A program made the translations under genes and the position numbers. From positions 1-45,534 of IMG/VR virus record IMGVR_UViG_3300005573_000137: 45,534 nt of DNA; one strand, written 5' to 3'. Positions 1 to 6,351 of this stretch are shown here, in pieces; the first letter of the stretch is position 1; every line of letters starts with the position of its first letter. The stretch is from a virus (Duplodnaviria > Caudoviricetes). The notes below the pieces were generated by a model. The model saw nothing but the letters and a program-made list of their open reading frames with translations, made no database searches and was not told the origin of the DNA.

Positions 1-1314
1 TTTATTTTTTAACACCCTTCAAAGTAAGGTTAATATATATTTATTTACTGTTAGCTGCCCTTACTTACCCTCATGCGTCTTATTAAACGGCATTTACAGT
101 TTAACTAATATTTACTGCTATGCGGCATCGGGAAATTTGGCATTAAACAATATGCGAAATTTTACCGATACGGCAAAGGGAAATTGGGCAACTGTAATAC
201 GGCAGCTAACAGAAGAAAAACGAAATTAAAAACCCTACACCCAACCCTACACACTCACCCAAACCTTGTGGGAAACACTATACCACAGACCGTGAGTTTG
301 TGACCACAACCACAAAGAGGGGTAGGATTGATAAAGATTAAAAATAAATAAAACAAACAAAATAAATAGGAGTAAAAAATGGAAAAGGTTTATGGGTTCA
401 AAGGATTCAATAAGGACCTTCAATGTTTGTTTTTCCAATACGAAATTGGAAAGACATACACGAAGGATGATAGCGAGGACATCTCGCTATGCTCAAATGG
501 ATTCCACTTTTGTGAGAATCCATTAGACATCTTCTCATACTACCCTCCAATAGAGGGTAACCGCTACTGCCGAGTACTTGGTGGTGGCAAAATGGATAGA
601 GGAATCTGGGATACTAAAATAGTATCCCAAGAGATAGAGATATTGGAAGAATTAACTTACAAAGAGTTAATTCAAGAAGGGATAAAGTACCTTGAAGGTA
701 CAAATGAAATCCCTAAAAATAAAATTAATGAAAATTCTGCAACTGCAGACTTTAATAAAAAGTCTGCAACAAATGGGGAAGGTTGTAACTCAGCAACGAG
801 TGGCATCAGTGCACACTCGTTGACGAAAGGATACAACTCAGCGTCAGTGACGGCTGGCTCATATGCAAGGTCACTGACAAAAGGTAATGACTCGAATTCC
901 GCAACATGCGGAAACGAGTCGGATTCGATTACACTTGGAAGCAATTCCAAGTCGATGGCGGCTGGATATAATTCCAACGCCATAACTTTTGGGATGGCTT
1001 CTCATGCAGCAAGCATGGGAAATTTCTCATACGCCATCACGTATGGCAATGATTCTCACGCTGTAACTTGTGGTGAAGAATCAAGTACAGCGGTAGAGGG
1101 AAACAACTCTATCGCAGTAGGAATTGGAATAGAAAACAGAGCCAAAGGGCAGTTAGGGGATTGGCTCGTACTGGCGGAATACGACTCAAGCAACGGAGAC
1201 TTGCTTGAAGTAAAAGCGGTACAAGTTGATGGGATAGAAATTCTACCATCAACATGGTACACGTTAAAAGAGGGGAAATTTGAAATAGCAAATAAGGAAA
1301 ATAATATATGAAAG
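1..1314. repeat. Imperfect terminal direct repeat, copy 1 (allele A)
   Basis: Matches 44246..45534. The first ~128 bp are near-identical (one 2-bp indel) and 1201..1314 equals 45421..45534; the middle is diverged. Confidence 0.95.
379..1311 (+). CDS. Phage early protein with KGFxKxLQC..FQYEIGKTY...C.NGFHFCENPLD N-terminal domain (DUF7666-like) and 11-aa Gly/Ser/Ala repeats
   Basis: AGGAG RBS; common phage N-terminal motif; periodic GxxSxSxT repeats; conserved WYTLK.G C-terminus. Confidence 0.8.
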   Translation: MEKVYGFKGFNKDLQCLFFQYEIGKTYTKDDSEDISLCSNGFHFCENPLDIFSYYPPIEGNRYCRVLGGGKMDRGIWDTKIVSQEIEILEELTYKELIQEGIKYLEGTNEIPKNKINENSATADFNKKSATNGEGCNSATSGISAHSLTKGYNSASVTAGSYARSLTKGNDSNSATCGNESDSITLGSNSKSMAAGYNSNAITFGMASHAASMGNFSYAITYGNDSHAVTCGEESSTAVEGNNSIAVGIGIENRAKGQLGDWLVLAEYDSSNGDLLEVKAVQVDGIEILPSTWYTLKEGKFEIANKENNI

Positions 1315-1637
1315 TATTATTGGTAATCTCTTCTGTCCATCCCAAAACATGGACAGAAGAACAGAAAAAGGAATTCGATAGAATTGAGTATATCGAATTT
1401 CCAACTATAAATCCCGAGTCAGATGCTTGGGATTTAGCAAGAGATGAAGTCCAAATAATACAAGGGTGGATAGAGGATTTCATCAATAGGACGGAAGAGG
1501 ATACACCCTACATTTACATTAATGGTGATGGATTAGTATGCTATGAGATTTTCATGGCATACCGAGATGATTACCTAAGAATGAACTTCACATTCCCATC
1601 ATTTGATGAGAACGGGAAGTTCGTAAGGTGGCGTTAA
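1308..1637 (+). CDS. Csx20-like small protein, putative cyclic-oligoadenylate ring nuclease / anti-defence protein
   Basis: ATGA-coupled to the upstream gene. Ordered motifs: hydrophobic strand-H..W.EEQK, FP.I.PE, YI.GD...Y, C-terminal KFVRWR. Confidence 0.5.
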   Translation: MKVLLVISSVHPKTWTEEQKKEFDRIEYIEFPTINPESDAWDLARDEVQIIQGWIEDFINRTEEDTPYIYINGDGLVCYEIFMAYRDDYLRMNFTFPSFDENGKFVRWR

Positions 1638-1678
1638 CTGCCATCTCCCTAACAATTAAAATATTAAAAAGGAGTATT

Positions 1679-2200
1679 ATGAAAACAAAACAAGATAACT
1701 TAATCGGGCTAAAACCCGAAGAAGTTGTAAAAGATTTAATCACCAGTGGCAGACTAATGGATGCAAACTGGTATTTGGTGAGTCAATTGGATAAAAACCA
1801 ATTGATTCAGTATGCGGTCTTTGCAGCCCAAAGGGCTGTAAAGAGTTTCAATAAAAAATACAGAGATGAACAGATAAACTTGGCAATAAAAGTTGCCAAG
1901 CAATATGTAAAAATGGAAAAGACATCAGATAATCTTTTCCAAATATCAGAAAAAAGTTCATCAATTAAAGATGCGTTAAAGGGGAGATTAAAATATCAAG
2001 ACATAAAGGACGTAAAACTCTTCGCTGTAGATGCAGCGAGGCATTTAATGGTATTGATAAATAATGCCATCAAAGAAAATGAAATTCAAATTAGAGAAAA
2101 TGTAAACAAGATTATAATTGACAGTCGAAAAACTGTTGAGTATAATAATGGGGAAATGAAAGAAATCCTAAAAAGAGGATTGGAATTATTACAGAACTAA
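1679..2200 (+). CDS. Hypothetical helical protein, Imm5-like; paralog of 2346..2942
   Basis: Start moved to ATG 1679 behind AGGAG. YAVFAAQRAVKSF..Y.D....AI..AK.Y resembles Imm5-like phage proteins. Confidence 0.6.
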   Translation: MKTKQDNLIGLKPEEVVKDLITSGRLMDANWYLVSQLDKNQLIQYAVFAAQRAVKSFNKKYRDEQINLAIKVAKQYVKMEKTSDNLFQISEKSSSIKDALKGRLKYQDIKDVKLFAVDAARHLMVLINNAIKENEIQIRENVNKIIIDSRKTVEYNNGEMKEILKRGLELLQN

Positions 2201-2345
2201 CAATTAACACTGGGCTATTAGAAATAATAGCCCACCGTTATTATCAATAATAATTTTTATTATAAAAAACCACAACCACAACCACAGTCGCCACAACAGT
2301 TACAACCACCACCCTACAACTATATAATTTAACAAAGGAAGTATT

Positions 2346-2942
2346 ATGAAATTGACAAAAGAGTTTCTAAAAGAAAACAATGCTTGCCCAGAAGGTTATA
2401 AGTGGGCATGCGAAAATAATTTAATTGGGCTTGAGCATGAAGAAGTTATCAAAAAGTTAATTGCCAACGGTCGACTAATGGAAGCCGATTGGCTAATGGA
2501 AAGGTCTCTGAACAGAGACCAGCTTGTAAAATACATATTAAATGCAGCAAGTGTAGCAATAAGAGTTTTTCAAAATTCTTATGAAGATAAGAATGTTGAT
2601 AAGGCTTTAGAAATTGCCCACAAGTATATAAAGATGGACAAAACACCTAATAACTTTCATCAAATATTGGAGGAAATATCACCAATAATTGATGAATTAG
2701 TAAATGAAATACAATATAAAAACATCAAAGAGCCTCTATGCTTTGCTATAAATACAGCAAGGCATTTAGCAGAAACAATAGAAAGTGTAATCAAGGAAAC
2801 CCTTGATGGAGGCATATCTTATGATGTATTAAGATGTGCCACATGGACTATTGTCCACAGCCGAAAGGTTGTTGAATATGATAAGGAAGTAATGGAAAGC
2901 TTCCTTTATCAAGGATTGAAACTGTTACAAAATAATTCATAA
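2346..2942 (+). CDS. Hypothetical helical protein with MKLTKEFLKENNACPEGYKW N-terminus, Imm5-like; paralog of 1679..2200
   Basis: AAGGAAG RBS; shares NLIGL..EEV.K.LI..GRLM.A.W and further blocks with the upstream gene. Confidence 0.7.
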   Translation: MKLTKEFLKENNACPEGYKWACENNLIGLEHEEVIKKLIANGRLMEADWLMERSLNRDQLVKYILNAASVAIRVFQNSYEDKNVDKALEIAHKYIKMDKTPNNFHQILEEISPIIDELVNEIQYKNIKEPLCFAINTARHLAETIESVIKETLDGGISYDVLRCATWTIVHSRKVVEYDKEVMESFLYQGLKLLQNNS

Positions 2943-2988
2943 ACCACGCCCGATGCTTTGAGGCATCGGGCTATTTATAGGAGAATAT

Positions 2989-3219
2989 ATGATAGTAGCA
3001 ACTACGTATTTAACTGGGTATCAAATACTTCAGTTAAATGATAAAGGTAATATAATCCATGAATTATATTCTTCTGAGTATAATATAAAGGATGAATTAT
3101 TACCTTTTACACTCAAATCTCTTGCTGAACAAAAGGCAAGAGAAATAGCTTCAAACTTAGGGGAAGAGTTCACAGTGGTTGATGTAGAACCTTCCCAGTG
3201 GCTAACGGAGATGTTTTAA
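2989..3219 (+). CDS. Hypothetical protein
   Basis: AGGAG RBS, 76 aa, co-oriented with the early operon. Confidence 0.75.
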   Translation: MIVATTYLTGYQILQLNDKGNIIHELYSSEYNIKDELLPFTLKSLAEQKAREIASNLGEEFTVVDVEPSQWLTEMF

Positions 3220-3258
3220 CCACGTCTTCAAATAACTCCACATTTATTACCACTTTAA

Positions 3259-3499
3259 TTGCCACGTTATACTAACAAGTAATGTAAGTATTATGCTTGA
3301 GTTTACTTTTACGTACTTCCCCATTAGAGGGGGGAACGTAAAAGTCAATCAGTAAAGTTAGCTTAACGTGGCTAATCACGTCAATTGCCATCGCTATTGG
3401 CTTAAGACCAAACACTCGAGTAGGATTCTCTTCCTGTCGATGACAATTGATTCCTGGCAGCCTTGATAGTTTGTTGGTCAACTATTACTGGCAAGAATC
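3259..3499. ncRNA. Candidate multi-stem structured RNA (unknown family)
   Basis: Nested complementary segments 3261-3269/3364-3372, 3305-3314/3336-3345 and 3381-3393/3438-3450, plus a 3449-3499 stem-loop, in an intergenic gap. Confidence 0.5.
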
Positions 3500-3555
3500 A
3501 TACAAATATAATAAAAAAAAATTAATTTAACAAATAACTTTAAAAAGGAGTATCT

Positions 3556-3756
3556 ATGTTATTGATTTCAATGGAATTACCAATGTACATTGTGGGGCAA
3601 ATAATGTATATAATGGAAGTCATTATGGGAGAAGATTTCCATTATAACATGAACAATGAAGAAAAACTAATCGAAGTCCCAGCAACAGAGCAACAATTCG
3701 AAAAATTAAACAAACAAATAAAATTATTAGAAGGAGTAAGGTATGTACATAATTAG
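3556..3756 (+). CDS. Hypothetical protein
   Basis: AAGGAG RBS, 66 aa. Confidence 0.7.
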   Translation: MLLISMELPMYIVGQIMYIMEVIMGEDFHYNMNNEEKLIEVPATEQQFEKLNKQIKLLEGVRYVHN

Positions 3757-3889
3757 CAGAACATTATGGCAAGGAGTTTATGAAATTGAATATCTTTATA
3801 TGGGAGAATTTCAAAAGAGACAGTTTGAATCTCTCCAAGAAGTTGAGGCTTTTATCGAAGAGATAAGGGCAAGCCTTCAAGAAAGATAA
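3743..3889 (+). CDS. Small hypothetical protein (48 aa, MYIISRTLWQG...)
   Basis: Translated by hand; AAGGAG upstream; overlaps the end of the previous gene. Confidence 0.6.
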   Translation: MYIISRTLWQGVYEIEYLYMGEFQKRQFESLQEVEAFIEEIRASLQER

Positions 3890-4050
3890 AAGATAATAGT
3901 CCATAATACTCCGTGTCAGATTGGGAGGCTGGTATCAAAAGATACTGGCTTCTCAATCGGCATTTAATAGAATATAAAAAAAAGAAATATAATTTACAAT
4001 GTTGTAAATTACAGAAAAAAAATATTTATTTACAAAAAAAAGATGCCACA

Positions 4051-4257
4051 ATGAACGAAAAAGAAATGTTAGAATATGAATACGAAGAACTCGCAAAAAT
4101 GTCACAAAAAGTATTAAAGAAGCTGAAAGGGGCGATTGACAAAAAGGATACAAGAAGCCTAAATTCAGCTTATAATGCAATGGTTTTATTTAAAAAAAGA
4201 TACATGCTTACATTACATAAAATCTTTAATCTCGACGACTTTGTAGAGAGGGATTAA
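4051..4257 (+). CDS. Hypothetical protein
   Basis: ATG 4051 preferred, because the upstream part of the 3913 ORF runs through a hairpin and A-tracts. Confidence 0.55.
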   Translation: MNEKEMLEYEYEELAKMSQKVLKKLKGAIDKKDTRSLNSAYNAMVLFKKRYMLTLHKIFNLDDFVERD

Positions 4258-4312
4258 TGCCAAACTATCTATTTCAATAATTAAAAAATACATAAATTAA
4301 ATAGGAGGAGTA

Positions 4313-4498
4313 TTGACTCATTTATTGAAAAGTCTGATAGAGTTAATTAACCAGATTGACCCAGACCCAACGGATTATATAATGATAATCCTTGTGTCAT
4401 TCAATGTTTATTTAATGTTCAAACTAAAAAGAGTTGAAAAATACTCAATGGGAACATTAGTGGAAATATTGAAAAAGGATTTCCACGAAGATAAATAA
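4313..4498 (+). CDS. Small membrane protein
   Basis: AGGAGGAG RBS, TTG start, one hydrophobic segment. Confidence 0.6.
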   Translation: MTHLLKSLIELINQIDPDPTDYIMIILVSFNVYLMFKLKRVEKYSMGTLVEILKKDFHEDK

Positions 4499-4626
4499 TT
4501 TCATATCCAGGCAGTTTAATTATTGCCTGGATAAATCTTATTGTAATATCATAAGTTAAATGATGTTATAATAAGTAAAATATTAAATATAAACCACAAT
4601 TACTTACAAAAAAATCAATTCAAACC

Positions 4627-4655
4627 TTGACTTAAAGTATTTCTTTAAGTAATTT
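4627..4655 (+). promoter_or_regulatory. Sigma70-type promoter of the replication module, with an overlapping palindrome
   Basis: TTGACT-17bp-TAATTT; inverted repeat ACTTAAAG-N5-CTTTAAGT at 4630..4650. Confidence 0.55.
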
Positions 4656-4686
4656 AACAAACCATTTATAAAGTAGAAGGAAAACT

Positions 4687-5391
4687 ATGTCACGCTCAAT
4701 ATTAATTATTGGAGAAAGTGGCGTTGGGAAATCAAGTTCAATTGTGAACCTTAACCCATCAACTACTTTCTTATTCAATACAATCGGCAAAGATTTGCCA
4801 TTTAAGGGGTCACAAACAAAATACCAGCCATATAATAAGGAAACAAAAAAAGGGAATGTCATAATCACCACCAATCCTCAAACAATCAAATCAGCTCTTG
4901 AAAAAATCTCAGAAACAATGCCAAATATAAAAACCATTGTAATGGATGATGTTCAATACATCATGGCATTTGAATTTATGAAAAGAGCAAAAGAAAAAGG
5001 TTTTGATAAATTTGTCGAAATAGCACAAAATTATTTCGATGTCATTACCACAGCCCAAAGGCTAAGGGATAATATTACAGTCTTCTTCTTGTCACATTCA
5101 GAAGACATTTCTGTTAATGGTTATAATAAAACTAAAGTTAAAACCATTGGCAAAATGTTAGATGAAAAGATAACAATCGAAGGATTGTTTACGATTGTCC
5201 TTCTTGCACAAGCAAGAAAGAATGATAAGAAGATAGAGCACTATTTTATTACTAATTCCGATGGAACAACCACAGCTAAATCACCAGAAGGAATGTTTCC
5301 ATTGGAAATACCAAATGACCTTCAATATGTTCTTGATAAAATGAAAGAATATTATGAAGGAAATGAGTCAAATATAACAATAACAAAATAA
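4687..5391 (+). CDS. AAA-family ATPase (AAA_24 / Sak4-like)
   Basis: Walker A GESGVGKS, Walker B IVMDD, KTIGKMLDEKITIEGLFT and TAKSP.GMF motifs. Confidence 0.85.
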   Translation: MSRSILIIGESGVGKSSSIVNLNPSTTFLFNTIGKDLPFKGSQTKYQPYNKETKKGNVIITTNPQTIKSALEKISETMPNIKTIVMDDVQYIMAFEFMKRAKEKGFDKFVEIAQNYFDVITTAQRLRDNITVFFLSHSEDISVNGYNKTKVKTIGKMLDEKITIEGLFTIVLLAQARKNDKKIEHYFITNSDGTTTAKSPEGMFPLEIPNDLQYVLDKMKEYYEGNESNITITK

Positions 5392-5412
5392 TTTAATAAG
5401 AAAGGATAAACA

Positions 5413-6018
5413 ATGCCATTATCGTTAAATAATAACAGCCAGTTTCAGTCTAATGCTTATTGCGATGAAATAAAAGTAATAGGCGCAAAAGACGTGTCAT
5501 TAATTACAAATAGTTTTGGAAACATGCCAGATTTAGGATTAGAAATTGAATACAAAATAAATGGGAAAGACAATATCTTCAAACAAACCCTTAGCGGGAA
5601 CTTCAAAAGGGAAAATAATGAAGTAGTAGGTTGGGGAGGAGCATTTACAATAGGAAGATTATTGGAGCAATCTGAATGGTTTAAGATGCAGCCAGAACAT
5701 GAGAAACAAATGATACTGGCTCAGTGTGAAATAGGAAGAATTCCAAGTAAATTCTTAGAGTTTCTGAAAGGAAAAACGCTTTATCGTATAAGTTATGTAA
5801 AGGGTTATCGAGAAGATGACCCAAGTAAATTTAGTTACGGTACGTTCAACCAACTTGGTTGGGATAAAGAAAGTCTTATAAAGGCTTTTAGGCAAAGTCT
5901 TACAAAAGGCTATCCAAGAAATTACCAGCCAGACCTTAAGTCAGGTCCAATCAATGAGGCAACTGAAGGGGATACTTCATTTAAACCACAAGAAATAGAA
6001 GTTGAAGATGTAATTTAA
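5413..6018 (+). CDS. Putative single-stranded DNA-binding protein
   Basis: Follows the AAA ATPase; acidic C-terminal tail (EIEVEDVI). Positional inference. Confidence 0.45.
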   Translation: MPLSLNNNSQFQSNAYCDEIKVIGAKDVSLITNSFGNMPDLGLEIEYKINGKDNIFKQTLSGNFKRENNEVVGWGGAFTIGRLLEQSEWFKMQPEHEKQMILAQCEIGRIPSKFLEFLKGKTLYRISYVKGYREDDPSKFSYGTFNQLGWDKESLIKAFRQSLTKGYPRNYQPDLKSGPINEATEGDTSFKPQEIEVEDVI

Positions 6019-6075
6019 TTCATAATTAATTGAGAGAGGTTAGTAGCCTCTCTCATTATTTAATAAGGAGATGTT

Positions 6076-6339
6076 ATGAAAAAGATTTCAATAGACAAAA
6101 TATTAGCTGAATGGTTAAAAAGCAAAAAGGGAAAATCAATAGCATATCATAATCTTGAAGAAGCTAAGGTTTACGGACATTTATTCTTTGGTGTATTGCA
6201 CAATCAAGGCTCATACGATAGAGCCTTTAGAAAACTAAAAGAACAGCCAACATTATTAACGGAATATGGAATTAAACTCATTGAAGATACAGACCACAAA
6301 TCAAAGGAAATATACTGGAGAATTGTATCAGCAATATAA
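6076..6339 (+). CDS. Hypothetical protein (possible DNA-binding)
   Basis: AAGGAG RBS, basic, 87 aa. Confidence 0.7.
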   Translation: MKKISIDKILAEWLKSKKGKSIAYHNLEEAKVYGHLFFGVLHNQGSYDRAFRKLKEQPTLLTEYGIKLIEDTDHKSKEIYWRIVSAI

Positions 6340-6351
6340 GAAAGGGAAGAA

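Noticed and set aside
50-210. Retron msr/msd (a1/a2-like inverted repeats)
   Set aside because: No RT gene nearby or elsewhere in the genome; kept only as a generic structured element.
379-1311. Diversity-generating retroelement (TR/VR pair) explaining the two gene copies
   Set aside because: No reverse transcriptase was recognised; differences involve all bases plus indels over about 1 kb and are not adenine-specific.
2265-2320. CRISPR mini-array
   Set aside because: Units are 5-6 bp with no spacers; no repeat-spacer array was seen anywhere.
3913-4050. N-terminal extension of the 3913..4257 ORF
   Set aside because: It crosses an RNA hairpin, A-tracts and a palindrome; ATG 4051 is more plausible.
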